The notes: a model not told the origin generated them from the letters alone. A stretch of DNA of 32,000 nucleotides from Trichodesmium erythraeum IMS101 (GCF_000014265.1 NC_008312.1:1980001-2012000), one strand, 5' to 3'. Shown: positions 1 to 10,282, counted from the stretch's first letter. Translations and numbers: made by a program.

Positions 1-609
1 TTTTTTTTGAATAGAAAATTTTGAAGTCCCAATTGTTGACTTTTTTAAGTTAAGGCCACTAACAAAATTCAGATCAGCCAATTAAATTTTTTTTTGTCAT
101 TAAATCAACTGTGAGCTTTTGAAAGTACAAATACTTAATCTAATAATATAGGCATCGCTTTTAATCCCCTTTGATAATAGAGCTTTTTTCTCTGATGATA
201 GATTTATCATACCAGGGACAATATTGACTAAGTCATCCCAAGTTATAACCCACAATTCACCATACATACCTACTCAAAAATTGCTATGTCTTCTATCTTT
301 TCGACTAGCTTAAAAGAACCGACAAATGTATTTTTGATACCCGGATTTTTTGATGATAATACCAAAGTTGACTAGAAAATCGTATAAGCTAATACGGTTT
401 AGTTAAGACTGAAAATCATGTAAATTAGATATTGTTTCCAAAAAAGGAAATGAGGTGTGGTGAATCTGAAAGACTTATCATTATTCTGTTATAATATACA
501 AAATTTTGAAGTGTTAAAGGGAATTGGAATGGCAATTCTAGCCACGGCATTTTTAGAAGCTACATAACTGCCTCCACCATCCTCTGCAAACGCCAAAACT
601 CAGGTAGTT

Positions 610-1005
610 CTAAACAAGTAAGGATGTATTATTGTAGTTCGAGAAATATCAGATAGCTAGAATATGATTCTCGATCTTTTTTAGAAAATGATCAAGTTTT
701 TCTGACATTGCATGAGATATTCTCTGTCTAATGGTAGATTTCAATCTCTCAATATAGTTAATTAGACTACTTATTTTACTAACTGCTTTATGTCGTGTGT
801 TGGGGAATATTTCTTCTTATGCTGACCAAAAGGTTCTTATGTTCACCAAAAGTCTGTATAAGTGAGTGAATACTGTCGATAGACACCAGGCAAAAAATTC
901 CACAACCCCCTAGCTCCATCTATATTGCGATCGCCAATGTAAGCTCCAACAATTTCAAGACTTATGGAAGTACACTATATATAGGGTGCTTTCATATTAA
1001 ATTAT
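610..1005 (-). pseudogene. IS1-family (InsB-like) transposase relic, C-terminal part only, with stops and frameshifts
   Basis: Minus-strand translation gives LEIVGAYIGDRNIDGARGLWNFLPGVYRQYSLTYTDFW* and, in a shifted frame, NYIERLKSTIRQRISHAMSEKLDHFLKKIENHILAI*YFSNYNNTS. This fits the IS1 InsB pattern YTDxW...IERxNxxLRQ...SFSK...H. No ORF survives. Confidence 0.6.
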
Positions 1006-1272
1006 CCATAATATAATTAGTTTTTTTTTTGAGATAGATATCATTTTAAATAGATGTGATTTAGGAATAGCAAAATTGATTAAAAATTGTTAGATTAATT
1101 TTCTCAAAATTGTAAATAATTAGATAATAATTATATGATTATATTACCAGTAAAAATATGGATTTTCATTATGTTAAATGCTGTCAATATTTACTCAAAT
1201 CTAACACGTATTATACAATAACGCTCCTTAGCAAACCCAGAGAGAAAATATTAGTCACGATAAAATCAACCG

Positions 1273-1989
1273 TTATTTAATAATAAAGTCTTTAAATTCA
1301 GAAGATGTATGGCAAAATGTCAAAGAAGAATTTGTTCTATATGCAGTGGGGAATTTAATTTTTGATGGTACAGTAATCAAGAAAAAGTATGGGTTAAAAA
1401 TTAAACTTGTGCAACTATAATACAGTGTTAATGAATATAAAGTTATAGTTATTTTAAATAAGAATGAGACACTATTTGGCGCAACAATTACGAAAATTTT
1501 ATCAAGATATTTATTGATAGGTGAATACATTCTAGATCTTTGTAATGCACTAAAATCATGTTTTATGTCATTTGAATCAGGAGAGTATTGTGGCAAAAAT
1601 AGTAATTGATAACCCTCTGCTTCTACTAATTCTATAATAACCTTATAGTTAATCGACATTTTTTTTGAGGGCACCTCTAGCATGTTTTAGAAATTTAGCA
1701 TATTTGCGATTAGCGTAATCCATAACCTCAGTTTAAACTTACCTGTCTTCCTCAAGCAATACCTGTAAAAAAGATATTTTTTAGTAATAATTGATATATA
1801 AGTTTTTTGGTATTTTGAAATATAAGTTTTTGTTGAGATTCTTCAACAAGCTGCTAAAAATCTTGTATTTATAATTCTGTTTACCGTTATAAATAAGACT
1901 ATTATTAACAATTTTTATGCATGTATACTAAGGGCTATTCAGCATTTTTTTGGCAATTTAAAAGTTTTTCTGAATCTCATCCTTACATC
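1273..1989 (-). pseudogene. IS630-family (ISY100/ISTcSa-like) transposase C-terminal fragment, tandem copy 1 (contains ORF 1273-1683)
   Basis: The ORF encodes LLFLPQYSPDSNDIKHDFSALQRSRMYSP, matching the IS630/Tc1 third catalytic region (LFLPxYSPDLNxIEhxFSxLK). A shifted frame upstream reads EVMDYANRKYAK (VMDNAxIHK-like). The ORF tail is AT-rich read-through. Confidence 0.7.
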
Positions 1990-2619
1990 TTTTTGATGGT
2001 ACAGTAATCAAGAAAAAGTATGGGTTAAAAATTAAACTTGTGCAACTATAATACAGTAGTAATGAATATAAAGTTATAGTTATTTTAAATAAGAATGAGA
2101 CACTGCACAACAATTACGAAAATTTTATCAAGATATTTATTGATAGGTGAATACATTCTATATCTTTTTAATGCACTAAAATCATGTTTTATGTCATTTA
2201 AATCAGGAGAGTATTGTGGCAAAAATAGTAATTGATAACCCTCTGCTTTTACTAATTCTATAATAACCTTATAGTTAATCGACATTTTTTTTGAGGGCAC
2301 CTCTAGCATGTTTTAGAAATTTAGCATATTTGCGATTAGCGTAATTCATAACCTCAGTTGAAACTTACCTATCTTCCTCAAGCAATACCTGTAAAAAAGA
2401 TATTTTTTAGTAATAATTGATATATAAGTTTTTTGGTATTTTGAAAGATAAGTTTTTGTTGATATTCTTCAACAAATTGGCTGCTAAAAATCTTGTATTT
2501 ATAATCCTGTTTACCGTTATAAATAAGACTATTATTAACAATTTGTATGCATGTATACTAAGGGCTATTCAGCATTTTTTGGCAATTTAAAAGTTTTTCT
2601 GAATCTTATCCTTACATCT
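1360..2619. repeat. Direct tandem duplication, 2 x ~630 bp (1360-1989 and 1990-2619)
   Basis: Both units start ttttgatggtacagtaatcaagaaaaagtatggg (1360 and 1990). Both end ...ctaagggctattcagcattttttggcaatttaaaagtttttctgaatct(c/t)atccttacatct. They align throughout with only scattered substitutions and small indels. Confidence 0.9.
1990..2619 (-). pseudogene. IS630-family transposase C-terminal fragment, tandem copy 2 (contains ORF 2085-2309)
   Basis: Encodes LLFLPQYSPDLNDIKHDFSALKRYRMYSP. The DNA is nearly identical to 1360-1989. Confidence 0.7.
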
Positions 2620-3373
2620 TATGGACTAACCTTTTTAGCACTCCCTAGATTTTGTAGGTTGGAAGAAGTTGCACATGACTTTAATTGTTCCTTTTGTAAT
2701 TCTGAGAACAATTTCTGTGCTAACCACTTTTCAAAAACCAGCACGATTACAAGAAGCCTCAAAGATCAATGGGGAAAATAATTTTCCCTGACAGAAACTA
2801 CTTATAATAGTTATCCTTAAAGTTCTTTTTCCTGACTTTAAATCATAATATATTTTGCAAAGTTTATTTTATCTATAACTATAATCTTTTCGCTTTGTCA
2901 ATTGCTGGATTTTACCGACCCTTATTGCTCCCTTCCAACCTAGGAGATGGGGTTGTTTGTTCTAGCTTTTTTTTAGATTTTTATGTCATAAATTATTTTC
3001 TTTTCTCTTCATCTTTTTCTCTATCACGGTAATTTTTTTTATGGGGCAAAGCAATTTTTTTTAACGCTTTACCTATCACCAGAAGGTCGTTCTATCGCTA
3101 AATGATTCTGACCATTCAGATGTCATTTTTTTTAAGTTTGACTGCTATTAATATGGACAAATTCAAAGAAATTCTTATAAATCTAGTATTTTGGGATTAT
3201 GTCTTTTTTAATAACTTGTTTTTGCTGCTAATATCGCTAGTTTCTTTTCGTCTATGTAAGCAAATATTGATGGTAGTGCGACTAATCTTAGATATATAAA
3301 TTGCTTAGGTTTTACTCATTATATTATCAATAAAATTAATAATTTTTTGTCAATAGTCGTAGTTATAAACAAC
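2620..3373 (-). pseudogene. IS630-family transposase relic, N-terminal ~two thirds, many stops
   Basis: Minus-strand reading gives VVYNYDY*QKIINFIDNIMSKT*AIYISKISRTTINICLHRRKETSD, resembling the HTH N-terminus MAYSLDFRKKVIAFIEEGGSITKAAKIFNISRASIYRWLNREK of ISY100-type transposases. Further on it reads ...DREKDEEKRK... and FEKWLAQKLFSELQKEQ / IKVMCNFFQPTKS (FExWL...VxMDNAxxHK region). Its DNA differs from the same region in the tandem units, so it is a separate or older fragment. Confidence 0.6.
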
Positions 3374-3379
3374 ACTTTT

Positions 3380-3431
3380 ACGACAAAATATAGTATATAA
3401 ATATGGAAAAACTTGAGTAAGTATTTAGACT
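3380..3431 (+). repeat. Left inverted repeat of the IS1634-like element
   Basis: acgacaaaatatagtatataaatatggaaaaacttgagtaagtatttagact matches the reverse complement of 5246-5297 at 43 of 52 positions. The inner 24 bp (aaaacttgagtaagtatttagact) are identical. Confidence 0.85.
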
Positions 3432-3496
3432 CAAGAAAAAAACACCTCAAACTGTAATTATAGACAGAAAGTGAAGATAAAAAAAAAGAATAGACA

Positions 3497-5060
3497 ATGT
3501 TAGTAGAAGTGAGCAATATAGACCATCTAAGATTATTAGCAGGAATTATTGACGAGATTGGTATGGAGAATAAAATTAATCAACTACTAGGAGAAGAACT
3601 ACCAGAAAAAATAATAGGGGGTCAAGCAGCCAAAGGAATGCTCTTAAATAGACTAGGTAAGGTTTTATTTATACTATATTTCTAATCGTCAATTTTTTTT
3701 CAGGGAAAAGCAATAGAAAATTTAATTGCTCAAGAAGTAAAAATAGAGTATTTTAATGATGATAAATTAGGTCTGGTATTAGAACAACTGTATCCCAGAG
3801 GATTAAATCATATTTTTATATCTATGGTGTTATAAACAGTGAAAATTTATGAGCTAAAAACAAGTACAATTCATTAAGAATCTACATGATTTTATGTTCA
3901 TCTAGATTATCATAGAGATGAGGATAAATCCATAGAATATATAGAACCAAATACTATCAAAATTATTGATTTATATTCGAGAGATAAACAACAAGAATTA
4001 AAATAATTTATAATGTATTTAATTTGTATAAACTATGGAGATCTACTATTATAGATGATAGTTTGGTCTGGAAATTAATCTGAAAAAAAGTTCCAAGGCA
4101 TCAAAGAATTTAATGGCCAGTTAAATTTTAACATTTTAATGATGGCAAATAGTGCAATAGAAGACTCAATAATATCTATATTTACTAACCAATATTAAAT
4201 TTTTATCCGATTTAATATTTGTATAAAATAGCGATTAAAGTTACTCCACAAATAGATATTTATGATTTAAATTATATATCACATTAAGGGATATAGATAT
4301 CAATAACTATCAAAAAATTACGGATAAATTCAACAGAAATGGTTGATAGTTAAAAGTCAACTATGTCGAGAATCATATTTTAAAAGCCTAGAGAAAAAAA
4401 CAGAAATAACGAGCTAAACTTCACAAAAAACTGTTTACTTTAAGGTCATAAAAATTTGCTTGTATACGAGATCCATAAACAGTAAAAAGGAAACTTTTGA
4501 TAAACTTTTTTACCACAAATTCACATAAATTAATATACAAAAAGTAGAGTCAAAATATGAATTATATTTTCCTTATAAATTATAAGTATAAGTGGGAGGA
4601 ATAGGGTCAAAAATATAAATGTAAAAAAAGTGATTAGGTAGATTTATTTTGGTGACCAATGTTTTTGATAGGATGAAATTAACTACAGAATAAATGTGGT
4701 CAAAATATTAAGGAAAACAATTTATTTAGAGAGTTTTTATATTTATCAAATACTCCCTATTTTTAACTGATAGTGCAGTCCTTAAATCTCCCCATTTATC
4801 GAAATATTTAAGATTAATTATGGGCTTGGTTTATACTTGTGGTTAACGTCAACTGCTTAAAAACTTTAAACCGGACTAAATATACTTTCAAAAGTTAATT
4901 AGGTCGCCTTAATAATAGACATACTTTACGTTGGATATTTTAATGTTTTTAACCAATTAATTTATTGATTAATTATGAAGTTATAGAGTATATCTAACCT
5001 CACTTCATAGCGTCTATAATTACTAAAGTTTTTTCCTTCAAGTTTGAAAAAATACTATCT
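3497..5060 (+). pseudogene. IS1634-family transposase pseudogene (DUF4277-type N-terminus plus DDE domain), riddled with stops
   Basis: ORF 3497-3685 gives MLVEVSNIDHLRLLAGIIDEIGMENKINQLLGEE...GQAAKGMLLNRLG, matching the DUF4277 N-terminus (NLDHLGLVAGIxDEIGI...). Reading through stops gives FFQGKAIENLIAQEVKIEYFNDDKLGLVLEQLYPRGLNHIF, then ...YSRDKQQELK..., ...RWLIVKSQLCRES..., and the C-terminal block LGRFILVTNVFDR...REFLYLSNTPYF...LRWIF*CF*PINLL (GRFILATNV...ERGFRFLKxPxFF...PTLRWxFQCFQxIHLL). Confidence 0.75.
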
Positions 5061-5245
5061 GCTCAATTGAGAAACTTGAGATGAAAACAGATAAAATGTT
5101 CAAATAATCAACAATTGAATAGTAGTGTAAAATGAAAGCACTTGAAAATTATTTGAGATGAAAGTATTCAAGTAATAGAAAGATTTTGGAAATTTCAACT
5201 GATATCATTCTATTGATTTACGATCCTCTCCTACCCCATATTATA

Positions 5246-5297
5246 AGTCTAAATACTTACTCAAGTTTTCTTTTCTTTTGATAATATATTTTGTAGT
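5246..5297 (-). repeat. Right inverted repeat of the IS1634-like element
   Basis: agtctaaatacttactcaagttttcttttcttttgataatatattttgtagt is the reverse complement partner of 3380-3431. Confidence 0.85.
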
Positions 5298-5586
5298 ACA
5301 AAATGTAGGTAATAAGGAGCAGGCATAATCTTTCCGAGATTATTCTTTAAGCATTATTTCATAATCTTTGCTTTGAATACTATACTATTTTATCAAAGAT
5401 ATAATAGGAGCAAATTCAATAGTTTAAATGCTGAATTTGAGTCTTATTTATGTGGTAAAATAGTAAAGTATTATTATATTTTTTTTCTGCTAATGTTTTT
5501 GATATTTACTTATACATTAAAATCCCTAAAAAAATCATTTTCTACTGTTTAAATTTTAGACTTTGACTATTTGAAGTAAGTATATC

Positions 5587-6489
5587 TCAATCAATTAAAT
5601 ATTCTTTTCGAGAGTCAGAAGTAAGTAATTCTTCAAGTTCTAACAATAGTTTGTCACACATATTATCTAAAGGCAAATCATTAGGATCATAACCAAAAGG
5701 ATTTTCTATTTCTAGTCCTATTGCTTCAATTCCTAATAGAGCAAAGCTAATTATTCCTACAACAAGAATAGTTATCCAAGATAATTTAGCTACCATTTGA
5801 AAGGGTAAAGCAAAGCAATACAAAAATAATAAATGTTTTAAGTGAATTGCATAAGCTAGAGGGATAGGTGTATTTAAAATTCTTTCGCAGGCAGTTTCAT
5901 CTTTTACCATAGAGTCTAAGATTTGATTATAGGTAGAAAGCTGAATACTATCTATATAATTCAGATCGTATGCTTTACGGAAATAATCTCCAATCCATTT
6001 AGCTATTCTCATAGGAATATGATTAACTTCTTTCAGTTCTAAATATTGATTTTCGCTAATAATTGACCGAATTTTTAGGTCTAAACTTTCATTTCTTAAG
6101 TGTAATTTTGTACCTATTAAAAATCCTGCTAAAAGTCGAATTACTGCTATTTTTTCCTCTGTATCTTCTGGAGTTTTTTCAGGAATATTTACCCATATTT
6201 GCCTTGACAAAGATCGACAAGAAATTATAATTCCCCCAGTAGCTTTTCGCCCTTCCCAAAATCTGTCATAAGATGTATTAGTTCTAAAAACTAATAATAA
6301 ACCCAATACTACACTAGGAATTAAACTAACTAAAATTGGTTGATGTATCGAAGTGAATCCAATTTTATAAAGGATCGTAATTATTGCAGAAAAAATCATT
6401 GCAACTGCTACTCGTTGCCAAACTTGAGGCACAATAGACCCTTTTAAGGTTAGCAGTAATTTGAGCCAGTTTTTATTTCTAATAATCAT
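5587..6489 (-). CDS. Bestrophin-like anion channel homologue (UPF0187/YneE family), 300 aa
   Basis: Intact ATG-started ORF with multiple hydrophobic helices and the family motif FRTNTSYDRFWEGRK. Confidence 0.85.
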   Translation of the reverse strand: MIIRNKNWLKLLLTLKGSIVPQVWQRVAVAMIFSAIITILYKIGFTSIHQPILVSLIPSVVLGLLLVFRTNTSYDRFWEGRKATGGIIISCRSLSRQIWVNIPEKTPEDTEEKIAVIRLLAGFLIGTKLHLRNESLDLKIRSIISENQYLELKEVNHIPMRIAKWIGDYFRKAYDLNYIDSIQLSTYNQILDSMVKDETACERILNTPIPLAYAIHLKHLLFLYCFALPFQMVAKLSWITILVVGIISFALLGIEAIGLEIENPFGYDPNDLPLDNMCDKLLLELEELLTSDSRKEYLID

Positions 6490-7092
6490 AGTTACTTTTT
6501 TAGTTTAAGGGAGTAAGGAACAGGAGTAATGTGACATTTTTTCAAGGCTAAAATTCTCATCATTGCTCTTTTAGGTTAAGGAAAATACCTGGCTATTTAT
6601 AAAAATAGCTTAAACACAAAATAGATCGGTAAACAGGTTGTTTAAATGTCACACAATTACTATATTATGGTTTAATACTATTGTTAATATTTTTTGTCAA
6701 AGCAACGATAGAAAATAGGGAGATATATTAATTAGTTCTTTTCTACTCAATAATTATTTCATAAGCATTCAGACATTAGGTATTATCTATAAGTTATTAA
6801 TTCATTATCATATCTAAGGAGGAATTAGTCTCCAAAGAGAATGAAAGTTGTGTATGAAATTGGTCACGACTCTAATCTTTAGTCATTCATTAAATATATT
6901 TAAAAAATGAAAGCTAAATGCTGATGTTATTTCTACTAGCAAAATGAACATATATAGAACTTAGCTATAAACACCATATATAGTAGGAGTCACCACAAAT
7001 AGTATATCATTCATTTAAGTGAATAAGTCCTGATATGGTAAGTAATAATATAATTTTATTTCGATTTATAACTTACACTTTGGAGGACCTTG

Positions 7093-7113
7093 GCAGAAAG
7101 CAGAAGGCAGAAA
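7093..7113 (+). repeat. Heptanucleotide tandem repeat (gcagaaa gcagaag gcagaaa), STRR-like
   Basis: Three consecutive 7-nt units read directly, 63-83 nt downstream of the 7176 stop of the minus-strand peptidase-like gene. Confidence 0.7.
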
Positions 7114-7175
7114 GGAAAAAAAGATTTAAAGGGAGTAGAATTAATCAATATTTTTTCAGGAAAAAATAAAATTAT

Positions 7176-7925
7176 TTAACTAGGTTCTAAACAACTATAC
7201 ATCTGATTATTTGATTCAGTTACTTGTTGAACTTGAGTAATATGTTTGTTAATCACTTCTTCTACCTCAATTTTTACATTATCAGACATTGAGGATAGCC
7301 ATTCACTAATATTAATATGCATCCACTTTTTCATAGAATTATTGTAAACAACAAACTCAAGCAAACGACTCATATTTGTTTCGCCTGCTGTATCGCTAAC
7401 TTCTTTCATCATAAAGTAGCTCAAGCCATAAAAAGGTTCAAAACCTTGTTGAAAATATTCTTCCCAACCACTCCAATTTAAGTTATTACGAGTTAACAAT
7501 TTTTCTGCAAAAAGAGTAGCTAAACCCTCTGCATAGCAGTCAAGTAATTGTGCATTTAATAAATGAAATATTTCGTGAGCTAATTGACCATGGAAAGCAT
7601 ATTCAGATGGTTTACGATTTAAGTAAATAGTAAACTCTCCTTGATTTGCATTATCAAGTGAAGTTAAAGGAGTTGTATTTAAGTTTAAATTGACTTTTTT
7701 TACTGGTATTCTCGGTTTACCGTAAAGTTGTTGACTATAATTAAATCCCGATTCGACAAAAGAATAAATTTTAGGTTTATTAAAACTAGCATCTAAGGCG
7801 TTTATTTCGGGTGATAATATAAGTTGAGCCGAAACTTTTTGAAATGTTAAATTAGGAAAGTATAGAAAAATTATTAGGGAAATAGTTACGATTAATAAAA
7901 ATTTTATTCTGGAAATAATTACCAT
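7176..7925 (-). CDS. Secreted or membrane-anchored HExxH zinc-peptidase-like protein (Peptidase_MA-like), 249 aa
   Basis: N-terminal hydrophobic signal/anchor (KFLLIVTISLIIFLYF). It has the motif HEIFH followed 12 residues later by EGLA (gluzincin-type HExxH...E). No closer family assignment is possible by eye. Confidence 0.65.
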   Translation of the reverse strand: MVIISRIKFLLIVTISLIIFLYFPNLTFQKVSAQLILSPEINALDASFNKPKIYSFVESGFNYSQQLYGKPRIPVKKVNLNLNTTPLTSLDNANQGEFTIYLNRKPSEYAFHGQLAHEIFHLLNAQLLDCYAEGLATLFAEKLLTRNNLNWSGWEEYFQQGFEPFYGLSYFMMKEVSDTAGETNMSRLLEFVVYNNSMKKWMHINISEWLSSMSDNVKIEVEEVINKHITQVQQVTESNNQMYSCLEPS

Positions 7926-8269
7926 AAATCTGTATCAAATAGGAAAATATGAGCTAATATTTGTTTGCTTTTGTTACCTCTAATTCAACAAACTTACTAA
8001 GTGTTATGTTGATAATTATAGTGCAATACGGTTCAGTTAAGGATTTTTTGGAGACTTCTGTAACCTTAAGAGCTACTCTAGCGGTTTCATACCACCACGA
8101 ATTACCCAAAGACACTATTATAGTCCATGACAAATTTGGCTCCACTATGAGCTTATGCAATACCTTGCTCCGCCACAGAATTGCGATCGCTTAACTATTT
8201 TTATTCAAAAATACTTGAGTTATTCAAATTAAATAAACTTCATTTTTATTGAAGGATATTTTAATTCTG

Positions 8270-8920
8270 AGGACAAACTTATGAGTATTCTAATAAAATA
8301 TTTCAGCATCTCTACTGATGAGCAAATAGCCTGGTGTCTTGCAATTGTTCGCGAGCTATAAAGATACCTCAGACTGTTTTTTCTCTCAATTCTGGTCATG
8401 TAGTTCTAGCTCACAATTTGATCGCCATTAGGAATATATAGGGAGTAGACCTTCAACCCATCGGTAAAGTAGAAGAAGCAATGTATAAGTCTCAATATCT
8501 GCCACAGAGGATCAATTGTCTTGGCACTTTAGTCTCCCACTACCCAAGCTCAGATACCTCGTACTGGACTTGAGTGTTGTCTGGTGTCCAGGTTTTCTTT
8601 TTTTTGAGCATACCAAAGTTTGCATTTCGTTAAGCTACAATACTTCAGGAATTTCTTCAAGGCTTAAGGCATCTGGTAAATGTTCTCTCAACAACTTTAG
8701 CTAGTAGTATGATCAATTCCTGTTAATCTTTCTATTCCTCGAAGGCCCATGCCAGATCGCGTACATTTTCAAATAGACTTGATGAGCATCATCACTATAT
8801 CTTGGTTAAGTTTTAGAATGATTATAAATTGACAGCCACAATTGACACAAATGTTATGGATGCTTCCCACGTCTGTTAACATTAGCGAATATGTAGAAAT
8901 TGGCACTCTGGACATTTCAT
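8270..8920 (-). pseudogene. IS1-family transposase relic (fused InsAB type), near full length, many stops
   Basis: Minus-strand reading gives MKCPECQFLHIR..., then ...SGMGLRGIERLTGIDHTTS..., ...AQKKENL..., ...WVVGD*SAKTIDPLWQIL..., ...YFTDGLKVYSLYIPNGDQIVS*NYMTRIERKNSLRYLYSSRTIARHQAICSSVEMLKYFIRIL. This fits CPxC...GMGFRGIERVTG...GSKKNK...YVTDGxxVY...SKTYMTRxExxNxRLRHYLARLHRKTLCYSKSxEML. Confidence 0.7.
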
Positions 8921-8959
8921 ACTTTTTCCCTTTTATTTTTTCTCAATTTATAATTCATG

Positions 8960-9700
8960 CAAGACCTAAAAACTAGCAGAAAGTTGTTGATTTTTGATTC
9001 TATAGTTTTGAATAATTATTCTTAGAAAAATAGGTGTTACTTTCGGAAAAGGATAAGTAGTTTCTTTCAAAACTTTTAATTCACTAGCTTTTTTTGCGAA
9101 ATCATTCAATTGTAGTACTATTATGGCTAGTAAATCAATTGCCATTATAGAAAAAAAAGTCAGGAACTGTAGGTAGAATAAAAAAAATTCTAGTCATAAG
9201 TAAGTTCTGATTTATTGAACTTAAACTACGACTCATATCAATCAAAATATAGTTGACTTAAATTTTTTTTGCTGTGTCGTTAAATAGATAGTAAATTGAA
9301 CTAGGAAGGTGTTGAAAAGCTGGAATTGAACTACTTAATTATTGAGCTATCTCCCAGATTCACCTCATATTCAGCTAATCCTACATGACCTGATAAGAGA
9401 AATAAACCATCTTATTGTTCATTTTTAATACATTCAATTCCCTCTACTAATTTATGCTGAGATTCAAATACAGGAGTTAAAGGAGATTGGATATTTTGGT
9501 ATTTACGGTAAATTTATTTTAATTCTTATTTACGAGAAAACCCCAACACCATACCTATTAAATTGTATTGAGTATCTATATCTATCAAAATTATTTTTTT
9601 TCTCTTTGATTTGATGCTAAGACTCAACTTAAATTAAATGTTGTAGTCGTTTTACTAACACCACTTTTATGGTTAAAAAGTGCAATTTTTATGCAACTTA
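8960..9700 (-). pseudogene. ParA/MinD-family P-loop ATPase pseudogene, many stops, 3' part apparently cut off by the IS1 relic
   Basis: Minus-strand reading gives CIKIALFNHKSGVSKTTTTFNLS*VLASNQREKKIILIDIDTQYNLIGMVLGF, containing the deviant Walker A KGGVGKTT. Later it reads ...LFLLSGHVGLAEYEVNLG..., ...YFD*YES... (YDFIxIDxSPS), ...FFSIMAIDLLAIIV... and ...IFLRIIIQNYRIKNQQ. Confidence 0.7.
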
Positions 9701-9719
9701 TCTCATCGATTTCATCTGA

Positions 9720-10229
9720 CTAACCTGGTATAATAAACTCTATTATTTTGACCAATAAACTAATAATAAAAACACCCAAAATACCCATAGCAATTACAAA
9801 TAAAATTAAGCAACCTAAAAGGATAAAAATAAACCAATTATCAGCCTTTTTATGAACTGGAGAAGATGCTAAATGACTCTCCAATAGATCCATATTTTTA
9901 GAATTTGCCTTCCATGCAACATCAAACAGATCGCCAAAAATAGGTACAATACCAACTAGAGAGTCAAAAACTATATTAGTAACCATTTTTGTTAGAATAT
10001 TTTTAGGTAATCCCATAGTTGAGGCAGAGAACACTATATAAATAGAAATTAGTCCTCCCAAAACATCACCACCACCAGGAATTAATCCTAACACTGGGTC
10101 AAGACCAATACCTAATGATGTACCAGGAACACCAATGGCATTATCCAGTAAGTCGCTAAGTTTTCGCAGTTGTCTAACCTTAGCTGCTTGGGGTTCATTA
10201 CCTAGATTAGTAGGAGAAGGTTTTGCCAT
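9720..10229 (-). CDS. DUF4112 domain membrane protein, 169 aa
   Basis: Intact ORF with the motifs LLDNAIGVPGTSLGIGLDPVLGLIPGGGDVLGGLIS and IVPIFGDLFDVAWKANSKN typical of DUF4112, plus a C-terminal TM helix. Confidence 0.8.
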   Translation of the reverse strand: MAKPSPTNLGNEPQAAKVRQLRKLSDLLDNAIGVPGTSLGIGLDPVLGLIPGGGDVLGGLISIYIVFSASTMGLPKNILTKMVTNIVFDSLVGIVPIFGDLFDVAWKANSKNMDLLESHLASSPVHKKADNWFIFILLGCLILFVIAMGILGVFIISLLVKIIEFIIPG

Positions 10230-10254
10230 TATTAATTATTAGTTCTCATTTATT

Positions 10255-10282
10255 AGTCATCAGTCAAAAGTTAAAAGTTAAG
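10255..10282 (+). repeat. Heptanucleotide tandem repeat (agtcatc agtcaaa agttaaa agttaag), STRR-like, in the 5' leader of the DUF4112 gene
   Basis: Four consecutive 7-nt units, 26-53 nt upstream of the minus-strand start codon at 10229. In mRNA sense the units read cttaact tttaact tttgact gatgact. Confidence 0.7.

Larger units (their letters stand above)
3380..5297 (+). mobile_element. IS1634-like (IS4 superfamily) insertion sequence, coding-dead but with preserved inverted ends
   Basis: Bounded by 52-bp imperfect inverted repeats at 3380-3431 and 5246-5297 that enclose a full-length degraded transposase reading frame. The ~1.9 kb size fits the family. Confidence 0.75.

Noticed and set aside
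2551-3516. ORFs 2551-2781 (+), 3102-3299 (+) and 3319-3516 (-)
   Set aside because: They are antisense or out-of-frame reads through the IS630 relic and the IS1634-like left end, and their AT-rich products are low-complexity.
7954-8194. Overlapping opposite-strand ORFs 7954-8160 (-) and 7961-8194 (+)
   Set aside because: Neither looks like a real protein. Minus-strand frames faintly resemble an IS5-type transposase C-terminus (RNSVAEQGIA.AHSGAKFVMDYN compared with RNxVERxFxxLKxxRxIATRYDK). The match is too weak to call a family, so I left it unannotated.
8516-8704. ORF 8516-8704 (+)
   Set aside because: It lies antisense to the IS1-family relic at 8270-8920.
9320-9360. tRNA-like string (reverse complement gggagatagctcaataattaagtagttcaattcc)
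   Set aside because: There is no complementary acceptor 3' strand and no anticodon arm. The segment falls in frame within the ParA-like pseudogene (…NLGDSSIIK…).
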